Of a DNA stretch of 64,000 nt, positions 52,763 through 64,000 are shown in pieces. This DNA is from Eledone cirrhosa (Eukaryota): the NCBI GenBank assembly GCA_964016885.1, contig OZ024741.1, positions 65,782,001 through 65,846,000 of the forward strand, given 5' to 3'. Every line of letters starts with the position of its first letter. The first letter of the stretch is position 1. A program made the position numbers and the translations under genes. The notes below the pieces were generated by a model, which was given only the letters and a program-made list of their open reading frames with translations, was not told where the DNA came from and ran no database searches.

Positions 52763-54007
52763 GCTCATGATTATATATATATGATATAAATGCAGGCAGG
52801 GAAGGAGGTGGTCATGCATAACTGTATGTGTGCACGTTGGTGCTGGCACAAATTATGCATATTAAATGGCCTTGAATTTTATTTTATTTTTTTGCATTAA
52901 AATAAAAAGAACTCATCTTAGTTATGTTGAACAACAACAACAATAATAATGATTCTAGTATAGGCACAAGGCCAGTAATTTGAAGGGGAGGGGAAGTCGG
53001 GTAAATCGACCCAAGTGCATTACTGGTACTTTATTTTATTGACGCCGTAAGGATGAAAGGTAAAGTTAACCTCGGCGGGTCTTGAACTCAGACCGCAAAG
53101 GGCCATAACTCTATGCTGCAAAGCATGGTGTTCGACTCTCTACCGATACTGCCAATCCACCGCCCTAATAACAATAATTGTTTCTACTATAGGCACAAGG
53201 CCAGCAATTTTGGGGGAGGGGAAAATCAATTAAATCGACCCCAGTACTTTATTTTATCGACCCCATAAGGATGAAAGGCAAAGCTAACCTCGGCGGGATT
53301 TGAACTCAGAACGTAAAGGGCCGTAACTCTATGTTGCAAAGCATAATAATAAAACCAAAATCCCAGGACTTACAAATATACAGCACACAGAAATAGCATT
53401 ACTGGGCACTGTAATACTTTTAACTAAAAAAAAAAGAAGCACCACCAAAAACAATGCTGCACATATCCAAGGCACACATATCTATGCTCAGTAATGCAGT
53501 GATGATGAATGATAATAATTGTTTCTAACATTGGCACAAGACCAGCAATATGGTGGGGGGGGGGGGGGTCGATTGTAGTGACCCCAGTACTTAACTAGTA
53601 CTATATTTTATGAACCGCAGGAGCTCAAAAGGCAAAGTTGATCTGGGTAGGATTTGAACTTAGAACATAAAGAGTTATCACTAAATGCTGCACCATCAGT
53701 ACCACCAACAACACTGCCATCACCACAGCACCATCAACACATCACCATAGCATCACAACACCTCCAACATCACAAGTACTACAGTACCACCAACACCACA
53801 ACACCATCACCACCAGAACCACAAACACCACCAACACCATCACCACTATCACTACAGCACCTCTAACACCACACCACTATCCCTAACACTACACCACTAC
53901 TGCTAACAGTCACTAAAATATTAAAAGAAATTATATAGGAAAGCTATAAACAATAGGAAAGAGGATAACAGAAGGTAAAGAGAGAAAGAGAGAGAGGGAG
54001 AGAGAGG

Positions 54008-54055
<48 letters not shown>

Positions 54056-55512
54056 GGGGAATAGCTTCATTAAGAGAAAGGAGGGAGAAGAAAAGGAGGG
54101 AATAGCTTCAGTAAGAGAGGAAAAATGAGAAGGAAAAGCAGGATAGCTTCATTAAGAGAGGGGGGGAGCAAGAGGGGGAGAGAGAAGGGGGAGGGGGAAT
54201 AGCTTCATTAAGCAAAAATCAATCAAATTAAAGATGAGGTACAGGAAGGACAATAATACAAATAATATTGATGAAGATAATAATGGTGGTGATGATGGTG
54301 ATTATGATAATGGTTATGACAATGATGGTGATAATAATATTGATGAAGATAATAATCATTTTTATTTTCAATAATGATGGCAATAATGGTGATTATGATG
54401 ATGGTGATGACGATGATAGTGATTATGATGATAATGATGATGGGTATTATGATGATGGTGATGGTGATAATAATATTGATGAAGATAATACTGATGGTGA
54501 TGGCAAAGATGCTGATTAAGATGATAGTGAGAAGATGGAAAAATGGATGTGAAATGATGATAATGATCTGTATCTCATCAATGGCCTGAAAGTTATGGAA
54601 GAGGTTTGGAGGTGAGAGAGATAAGAATTGATCAGTGAGCATCTGATAATGGTTTGATAAGGAGGGAAAGTAATGGGTGAAGGGTGTGTTGAAATGGAGA
54701 GGTACAGAGGAGAGACTGAAATAATTGTTTCTACTTTAGGCACAAGGCCAGCAATTACCCAGTGCATTACTGGTACTTTATTTTATCGACCCCGTAAGGA
54801 TGAAAGGCAAAGTCAAGCTCGGCGGGATTTGAACTCAGATCATAAAGGGACGTAACTATGCTGGAAAGCATGGCGTCCGACCCTCTACCGATACTGCCAA
54901 TCCACTGCCTATGGAGAGACTGAAATAATGTTAAATGGATATGAATGAGGGTTGGCTAAAAAGTTCATAGGCTGAATATGAAGGAGTGATGCTAAAGATG
55001 TGAAATCTTGCATGCATTAATTTCAGCTCTTCTTTTTAATAACTGCATTGTTTCTTTCCAGAGACTATGTTTAAAAATAAACCTCATTTGGTTATTCCAT
55101 GAGACTATCTTGGTCAGTCATGTGCCTAAATCATTATTTTTGCAGTACAGTTACGTCCCTTTACGGACTGAGTTCAAATTCCACCGAGGTTAACTTTGCC
55201 TTTCATCCTTACGGGGTCGATAAAATAAAGTACCAGTAATACACTGGGATAATTGCTGGCCTTGTGCCAAAAGTAGAAACAATTATTATTATTCAGAGGA
55301 ATGACCTCAAAAAAGTGAATCCTATGAAAAAGATACCACAAGACAAAGTTGACAGGTGTTACGCTATTATACAAAAGTCTCATCAAACAATACCAACACT
55401 GCAACACTAAAAGTAAATGTAATGAGAGGCCAGTGTCTGGTAACTGAACAGACACAATATGAGGTCTAAGAGGACTTCTCAGTTTGGATGATCATGTGAC
55501 AACCTTTCTGAT

Positions 55513-55900
55513 GCTGGTGCCACAATAAAACACACCTAGTCCACCCTGTAAAGTGATAGTACTGGTGCCACAATAAAACACACCTAGTCCACCCTGTAAA
55601 GTGATAGTACTGGTGCCACAATAAAACACACCTAGTCCACCCTGTAAAGTGATAGTACAGGTGCCACAATAAAACACACCTAGTCCACCCTGTAAAGTGA
55701 TAGTACTGGTGCCACAATAAAACACACCTAGTCCACCCTGTAAAGTGATAGTACTGGTGCCACAATAAAACACACCTAGTCCACCCTGTAAAGTGATAGT
55801 ACTGGTGCCACAATAAAACACACCTGGTCCACCCTGTAAAGTGAAAGTACTGGTGCCACAATAAAACACACCAAATACACCCTGTAGTGTGGTAGTTCCA
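55513..55900 (+). repeat. 48-bp minisatellite (~8 units) derived from the RTE/SINE 3' UTR motif
   Basis: Unit actggtgccacaataaaacacacctagtccaccctgtaaagtgatagt; runs into the ...taggaagggcatcc...(GAT)n tail at 56020-56130. Confidence 0.9.
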
Positions 55901-56469
55901 GTGCCATGAAGAAATGCACTCAGTTCACCCCGTAAAGTGTTGGTGCCACAAATAAATATACACAATATAGTGTTGGTGCCACAAATAAATATACACAATA
56001 TACCCTGCTGTAAGGTGTGTGGCACTAGGAAGGGCATCCATCAATAAAAACCATGCCAAATATGTATGTATGAGAAAGATGTAATCACCTAACCACGCCA
56101 GCATGGAAAGCAGACGTAAAAATGATGATGAATATAATGATTGAGTAGTACAATCTGTAGAGATTTGAGATATTTAGTGATTTTAAATCACATTGAATTA
56201 ACAAACTTATTTTTACCGATTTTCTGCCAAATCCTTTACTGTGAGCAGTGGGGTACTCTGCCGGTATGTGAACAGATTTTGAGTGAGAGGTATTATCATC
56301 TCTAACAACATTAGCAATGTGGTATATAGCTTTGTCATAGTGATAGAAACCACCTAGAGGCTGTCACATTGTTGTAAGTGCTTGTAATATAAGGAATCTT
56401 AAATTGTATCAATGATGTGACAACCTCCCTAAGGTTAGTGAAACTACAGCAGAAAACTTTTGCCCATAG

Positions 56470-59400
56470 GTAGTGAGGCTACAGAAGACACTGCCTGTGG
56501 TCTTCTGTAGTGAGGCTACAGAAGACACTGCCTATCATGTTCTGTAGTTAGGCAGGCTACAGTAGAAGAGACTTCCCACAGTATTCTGTAGTAAGGCTAG
56601 AGTAGAAGACACTGCCCACAGTGTTCTGTAGTAAGGCTAGAGTAGAAGACACTGCCCATGGTGTTCTGTAGTAAGGCTAGAGTAGAAGAAACTGCCCATG
56701 GTGTTCTGTAGTAAGGCTAGAGTAGAAGACACTGCCCAGTGTTCTGTAGTAAGGCTAGAGTAGAAGAGACTGCCCACAGTGTTCTGTAGTAAGGCTAGAG
56801 TAGAAGACACTTCCCATGGTGTTCTGTAGTAAGGCTAGAGTAGAAGACACTGCCCACAGTGTTCTGTAGTAAGGCTAGAGTAGAAGAGACTGCCCAGTGT
56901 TTGTAGTAAGGCTAGAGTAGAAGAGACTGCCCAGTGTTTGTAGTAAGGCTAGAGTAGAAGAGACTGCCCACAGTGTTCTGTAGTAAGGCTAGAGTAGAAG
57001 ACACTTCCCATGGTGTTCTGTAGTAAGGCTAGAGTAGAAGACACTGCCCACAGTGTTCTGTAGTAAGGCTAGAGTAGAAGAGACTGCCCAGTGTTTGTAG
57101 TAAGGCTAGAGTAGAAGAGACTGCCCAGTGTTTGTAGTAAGGCTAGAGTAGAAGACACTGCCCACAGTGTTCTGTAGTAAGGCTAGAGTAGAAGACACTG
57201 CCCACAGTGTTCTGTAGTAAGGCTAGAGTAGAAGACACTGCCCAGTGTTCTGTAGTAAGGCTAGAGTAGAAGACACTGCCCATGGTGTTCTGTAGTAAGG
57301 CTAGAGTAGAAGACACTGCCCACAGTGTTCTGTAGTAAGGCTAGAGTAGAAGACACTGCCCACAGTGTTCTGTACTAAGGCTAGAGTAGAAGACACTGCC
57401 CACAGTGTTCTGTAGTAAGGCTAGAGTAGAAGACACTGCCCACAGTGTTCTGTAGTAAGGCTAGAGTAGAAGACACTTCCCACAGTGTTCTGTAGTAAGG
57501 CTAGAGTAGAAGACACTGCCCACAGTATTCTGTAGTAAGGCTAGAGTAGAAAACACTGCCCAGTGTTCTGTAGTAAGGCTAGAGTAGAAGACACTGCCCA
57601 CAGTGTTCTGTAGTAAGGCTAGAGTAGATGAGACTGCCCACAGTGTTCTGTACTGAGTCTAGAGTAGAAGACACTGCCCACAGTGTTCTGTAGTAAGGCT
57701 AGAGTAGAAGACACTGCCCACACTGTTCTGTAGTAAGGCTAGAGTAGAAGAGACTGCCCAGTGTTTGTAGTAAGGCTAGAGTAGAAGACACTGCCCACAG
57801 TGTTCTGTAGTAAGGCTAGAGTAGAAGACACTGCCCACAGTGTTCTGTAGTAAGGCTAGAGTAGAAGACACTGCCCACAGTGTTCTGTAGTAAGGCTAGA
57901 GTAGAAGACACTGCCCACAGTGTTCTGTAGTAAGGCTAGAGTAGAAGAGACTGCCCAGTGTTTGTAGTAAGGCTAGAGTAGAAGACACTGCCCACAGTGT
58001 TCTGTAGTAAGGCTAGAGTAGAAGACACTGCCCAGTGTTGTGTAGTAAGGCTAGAGTAGAAGACACTGCCCACAGTGTTCTGTAGTAAGGCTAGAGTAGA
58101 AGACACTTCCCATGGTGTTCTGTAGTAAGGCTAGAGTAGAAGACACTGCCCACAGTGTTCTGTAGTAAGGCTAGAGTAGAAGACACTGCCCACAGTGTTC
58201 TGTAGTAAGGCTAGAGTAGAAAACACTGCCCAGTGTTCTGTAGTAAGGCTAGAGTAGAAGACACTGCCCACAGTTTTCTGTAGTAAGGCTAGAGTAGAAG
58301 ACACTGCCCACAGTGTTCTGTAGTAAGGCTAGAGTAGAAGACACTGCCCACAGTGTTCTGTAGTAAGGCTAGAGTAGAAGACACTGCCCACAGTGTTCTG
58401 TAGTAAGGCTAGAGTAGAAGACACTTCCCATGGTGTTCTGTAGTAAGGCTAGAGTAGAAGACACTTCCCATGGTGTTCTGTAGTAAGGCTAGAGTAGAAG
58501 ACACTGCCCACAGTGTTCTGTAGTAAGGCTAGAGTAGAAGACACTGCCCACAGTGTTCTGTAGTAAGGCTAGAGTAGAAGAGACAGCCCACAGTGTTCTG
58601 TAGTAAGGCTAGAGTAGAAGAGACTGCCCAGTGTTTGTAGTAAGGCTAGAGTAGAAGACACTGCCCACAGTGTTCTGTAGTAAGGCTAGAGTAGAAGACA
58701 CTGCCCACAGTGTTCTGTAGTAAGGCTAGAGTAGAAGAGACAGCCCACAGTGTTCTGTAGTAAGGCTAGAGTAGAAGAGACTGCCCAGTGTTTGTAGTAA
58801 GGCTAGAGTAGAAGACACTGCCCACAGTGTTCTGTAGTAAGGCTAGAGTAGAAGACACTGCCCACAGTGTTCTGTAGTAAGGCTAGAGTAGAAGACACTG
58901 CCCAGTGTTCTGTAGTAAGGCTAGAGTAGAAGACACTGCCCACAGTGTTCTGTAGTAAGGCTAGAGTAGAAGACACTGCCCACAGTGTTCTGTAGTAAGG
59001 CTAGAGTAGAAGAGACTGCCCAGTGTTTGTAGTAAGGCTAGAGTAGAAGACACTGCCCACAGTGTTCTGTAGTAAGGCTAGAGTAGAAGACACTGTCCAC
59101 AGTGTTCTGTAGTAAGGCTAGAGTAGAAGACACTTCCCATGGTGTTCTGTAGTAAGGCTAGAGTAGAAGACACTTCCCATGGTGTTCTGTAGTAAGGCTA
59201 GAGTAGAAGACACTGCCCACAGTGTTCTGTAGTAAGGCTAGAGTAGAAGACACTGCCCACAGTATTCTGTAGTAAGGCTAGAGTAGAAAACACTGCCCAG
59301 TGTTCTGTAGTAAGAGTAGAGTAGAAGACACTGCCCACAGTATTCTGTAGTAAGGCTAGAGTAGAAGACACTGCCCATGGTGTTCTGTAGTAAGGCTAGT

Positions 59401-62375
59401 GTAGAAGACACTGCCCATGGTGTTCTGTAGTAAGGCTAGAGTAGAAGACACTTCCCACAGTGTTCTGTAGTAAGGCTAGAGTAGAAGACACTGCCCACAG
59501 TGTTCTGTAGTAAGGCTAGAGTAGAAGACACTGCCCACGGTGTTCTGTAGTAAGGCTAGAGTAGAAAACACTGCCCAGTGTTCTGTAGTAAGGCTAGAGT
59601 AGAAGACACTGCCCACAGTGTTCTGTAGTAAGGCTAGAGTAGATGAGACTGCCCACAGTGTTCTGAACTAAGGCTAGAGTAGAAGACACTGCCCACAGTG
59701 TTCTGTAGTAAGGCTAGAGTAGAAGACACTGCCAACAGTGTTCTGTAGTAAGGCTAGAGTAGAAGAGACTGCCCATGGTGTTCTGTAGTAAGGCTAGAGT
59801 AGAAGACACTGCCCATGGTGTTCTGTAGTAAGGCTAGAGTAGAAGACACTGCCCATGGTGTTCTGTAGTAAGGCTAGAGTAGAAGACACTGCCCAGTGTT
59901 CTGTAGTAAGGCTAGAGTAGAAGACATTGCCCATGGTGTTCTGTAGTAAGGCTAGAGTAGAAGACACTGCCCACAGTGTTCTGTAGTAAGGCTAGAGTAG
60001 AAGACATTGCCCATGGTGTTCTGTAGTAAGGCTAGAGTAGAAGACACTGCCCACAGTGTTCTGTAGTAAGGCTAGAGTAGAAGAGACTGCCCAGTGTTTG
60101 TAGTAAGGCTAGAGTAGAAGACACTGCCCACAGTGTTCTGTAGTAAGGCTAGAGTAGAAGACACTGCCAACAGTGCTCTGTAGTAAGGCTAGAGTAGAAG
60201 AGACTGCCCATGGTGTTCTGTAGTAAGGCTAGAGTAGAAGACACTGCCCATGGTGTTCTGTAGTAAGGCTAGAGTAGAAGACACTGCCCATGGTGTTCTG
60301 TAGTAAGGCTAGAGTAGAAGACACTGCCCAGTGTTCTGTAGTAAGGCTAGAGTAGAAGACATTGCCCATGGTGTTCTGTAGTAAGGCTAGAGTAGAAGAC
60401 ATTGCCCATGGTGTTCTGTAGTAAGGCTAGAGTAGAAGACACTGCCCACAGTGTTCTGTAGTAAGGCTAGAGTAGAAGACACTGCCCACAGTGTTCTGTA
60501 GTAAGGCTAGAGTAGAAGACATTGCCCATGGTGTTCTGTAGTAAGGCTAGAGTAGAAGACACTGCCCACAGTGTTCTGTAGTAAGGCTAGAGTAGAAGAC
60601 ACTGCCCACAGTGTTCTGTAGTAAGGCTAGAGTAGAAGACACTGCCCACAGTGTTCTGTAGTAAGGCTAGAGTAGAAGACATTGCCCATGGTGTTCTGTA
60701 GTAAGGCTAGAGTAGAAGACACTGCCCACAGTGTTCTGTAGTAAGGCTAGAGTAGAAGACACTGCCCACAGTGTTCTGTAGTAAGGCTAGAGTAGAAGAG
60801 ACTGCCCAGTGTTTGTAGTAAGGCTAGAGTAGAAGACACTGCCCACAGTGTTCTGTAGTAAGGCTAGAGTAGAAGACACTGCCAACAGTGTTCTGTAGTA
60901 AGGCTAGAGTAGAAGAGACTGCCCATGGTGTTCTGTAGTAAGGCTAGAGTAGAAGACACTGCCCATGGTGTTCTGTAGTAAGGCTAGAGTAGAAGACACT
61001 GCCCATGGTGTTCTGTAGTAAGGCTAGAGTAGAAGACACTGCCCAGTGTTCTGTAGTAAGGCTAGAGTAGAAGACATTGCCCATGGTGTTCTGTAGTAAG
61101 GCTAGAGTAGAAGACACTGCCCACAGTGTTCTGTAGTAAGGCTAGAGTAGAAGACATTGCCCATGGTGTTCTGTAGTAAGGCTAGAGTAGAAGACACTGC
61201 CCACAGTGTTCTGTAGTAAGGCTAGAGTAGAAGACACTGCCCACAGTGTTCTGTAGTAAGGCTAGAGTAGAAGAGACTGCCCAGTGTTTGTAGTAAGGCT
61301 AGAGTAGAAGACACTGCCCACAGTGTTCTGTAGTAAGGCTAGAGTAGAAGACACTGCCAACAGTGTTCTGTAGTAAGGCTAGAGTAGAAGAGACTGCCCA
61401 TGGTGTTCTGTAGTAAGGCTAGAGTAGAAGACACTGCCCATGGTGTTCTGTAGTAAAGCTAGAGTAGAAGACACTGCCCACAGTGTTCTGTAGTAAGGCT
61501 AGAGTAGAAAACACTGCCCAGTGTTCTGTAGTAAGGCTAGAGTAGAAGACACTGCCCACAGTGTTCTGTAGTAAGGCTAGAGTAGATGAGACTGCCCACA
61601 GCGTTCTGTACTAAGGCTAGAGTAGAAGACACTGCCCACAGTGTTCTGTAGTAAGGCTAGAGTAGAAAACACTGCCAACAGTGTTCTGTAGTAAGGCTAG
61701 AGTAGAAGACACTGCCCATGGTGTTCTGTAGTAAGGCTAGAGTAGAAGACACTGCCCACAGTGTTCTGTAGTAAGGCTAGAGTAGAAGACACTGCCCACA
61801 GTGTTCTGTAGTAAGGCTAGAGTAGAAGACACTTCCCATGGTGTTCTGTAGTAAGGCTAGAGTAGAAGACACTGCCCAAAGTGTTCTGTAGTAGGGCTAG
61901 AGTAGAAGACACTGCCCACAGTGTTCTGTAGTAAGGCTAGAGTAGAAGACACTGCCCACAGTGTTCTGTAGTAAGGCTAGAGTAGAAGACACTGCCCACA
62001 GTGCTCTGTAGTAAGGCTAGAGTAGAAGACACTGCCCAGTGTTCTGTAGTAAGGCTAGTGTAGAAGACACTGCCCACAGTGTTCTGTAGTAAGGCTAGTG
62101 TAGAAGACACTGCCCACAGTGTTCTGTAGTAAGGCTAGTGTAGAAGACACTGCCCACAGTGTTCTGTAGTAAGGCTAGAGTAGAAGACACTGCCCACAGT
62201 GTTCTGTAGTAAGGCTAGAGTAGAAGACACTGCCCACAGTGTTCTGTAGTAAGGCTAGAGTAGAAGACACTGCCAACAGTGTTTTGTAGTAAGGCTAGAG
62301 TAGAAGACACTGCCCATGGTGTTCTGTAGTAAGGCTACAGTAGAAGACTCTTCTTGCCTATGGTGTTCTGCAGTG
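56470..62375. repeat. ~5.9-kb 40-bp minisatellite (~150 units; 40, 38 and 37-bp variants)
   Basis: Consensus tagtaaggctagagtagaagacactgcccacagtgttctg. No unique spacers. Confidence 0.97.
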
Positions 62376-62884
62376 GGATAGAATGCAAAACCACATGATT
62401 GCAAAACAAACTTCTTTACCACACAGTCACGCCTGCACCTATTATTATCATCAATTATTAATTTGCATATTAAATTTTGCCAGATAGAATATTAAAAAAT
62501 AGAAAGGCAACAAGATAGAAAGATAACAAGAAAATGCCAGACATAACAATTACATTATAATATGAAACACTTTCCTACTTTAATGGAAATAGTGGTGAAT
62601 GCAGGAGCAATTTATTTATTTCATGGCCAGAGGTGGAACCAACAGACTAAAAGCAATTGAAAATGGCTAATTCTATAGATAGCTTTTATCAGATGGATTT
62701 TCCATTCTTATTAATAGCATGTTGAGAAATCTTTTATTAAGAATTCCCTATTTAGGAAAAAAAGTATTGGAAAAGCCAAAAACACAACTTTTTTGGTTTA
62801 ACCTCAAACCAGCCTCCCAAGACACAATCACACACTTATCCCAATCTGGAAATAAGACAACCTAGCTGGCATTATATATTGTAA

Positions 62885-63700
62885 GCATAGGGTCGGACGC
62901 CATGCTTTGACGCATAGAGTTACAGCCCCTGCCATTCTGAGTTCAAATCCCGCCACAGTTAACTTTGCCTTTCATCCTTACGTGGTCGATAAAATAAAGT
63001 ACCAGTCACACACTGGGGTCGATTTAATCGACTTTTCCCCTCCTCCTAAATTGCTGGCCTTGTGCCTATATAAGAAACCATTATATATTTTAATAATTGT
63101 TTCTACTTTTGGCACAAGGCCAGCAATTATTCAGTGTATTACTGGTACTTTATTTTATCAACCCTGTAAGGATAAAAGGCAAAGTTAACCTCGGCGGGAT
63201 TTGAACTTAGAATGGCAAAGGCCATAACTATGCTGGAAAGCATGGAGTCCGACCCTCTACCGATACTGCCAAATGGTTTCTTATATAGGCACAAGGCCAG
63301 CAATTTTAGGGAGGAGAAAGTCGATTAAATTGACCCCAGTGTGTGATTGGTACTTTATTTTATCGACCCCCGTAAAGATGAAAGGCAAAGTTAACCTCGA
63401 CGGGATTTGAACTCAGATCATAAAGGGCCGTAACTATGCTGCAAAGCATGGCGTCTGACCCTCTACCGATACTGCCAATCCACCGCCCTCATATATTTCA
63501 ATAATAATTGTTTCTACTTTTGGCACAAGGCCAGCAATTATCCAGTGTATTACTGGTACTTTATTTTATCGACCCCGTAAGGATGAAAGGCAAAGTCAAA
63601 GTCAACCTCGGTGGAATTTGAACTCAGTCCGTAAAGGGACGTAACTATGCTGCAAAGCATGGCGTCCGACCCTCTACCGATACTGCCAATTCACCGCCCA
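62885..63700. mobile_element. Cluster of four family B SINE copies in both orientations
   Basis: Repeated ctttcatccttac / gtaaggatgaaaggcaaag bodies with tRNA-like heads. Confidence 0.8.
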
Positions 63701-63714
63701 ATGTTATTATTTTA

Positions 63715-63955
63715 ATAATAATGAAAATTATTGTGTACAGTGCTTAGGTGCACTACAACTCATCAAAGGTGCATCTATAGTGCATAGAATAACGTACAAG
63801 TGAACAGTGTATGAGTCATGATATACACACAGATGAAGGGGAAATATCAGGTGTAGTGTTGGCGAATTTCGGGAAGCATGGAAGTTTTGAAGGATGCATT
63901 GCCCAGACAGTTAACAACTGATGCAGGTTGTTTAGTATATGATTCAGCAACTCTT
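63715..63955 (-). mobile_element. CR1 3' end fragment (same family as 334-2280; another at 7370-7665)
   Basis: Reverse complement matches 2020-2270 (cttcc..gaaattcgccaacactacacctg...gtagtgcacct.agcact). Confidence 0.8.
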
Positions 63956-64000
63956 TTACAAAGCATCACCCGCCTCCAGTACAAGAGACCCTGTACATCA

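Noticed and set aside
54223-54642. Asp-rich or Ile/Met-rich ORFs
   Set aside because: (GAT)n low-complexity sequence with no splice or homology support.
55466-56037. Repetitive Cys/Gly ORFs (GVFYCGTSTITLQGG)n
   Set aside because: Open only because the 48-bp minisatellite unit is a multiple of three; derived from a retroposon UTR.
56470-62375. CRISPR-like regular 40-bp periodicity
   Set aside because: Head-to-tail repeats with no unique spacers, no cas genes and a eukaryotic context; it is a minisatellite.

Overview
AT-rich, repeat-dense animal genomic DNA, not prokaryotic. The tRNA-derived SINE families and huge (TA)n fields point to an octopod cephalopod (inference). The host gene is a minus-strand NOSTRIN-like F-BAR/HR1 gene. 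I assembled ten GT-AG exons (38801 to 3134) by hand into one open frame of 312 codons; the gene continues off the left edge. Its introns and upstream region hold a CR1 LINE relic, RTE LINE 3' ends with SINEs sharing their tail, maT and mariner relics, hAT, piggyBac and TcMar MITEs, a Helitron-like element, two Naiad-type Penelope fragments and a Neptune-type Penelope element with an open RT-GIY-YIG frame. Main highlights: (1) a 472-bp x ~3 tandem array with a type I hammerhead ribozyme in every unit, a candidate non-LTR retrozyme/circular RNA system about 2 kb from the Penelope element; (2) a two-ORF Penelope layout joined by a U_UUU_UUA -1 slippery site; (3) further hammerhead motifs, some sense to the host pre-mRNA; (4) a ~5.9 kb 40-bp minisatellite that grew out of a SINE. 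All alignments, folds and family calls were made by eye and need computational confirmation.
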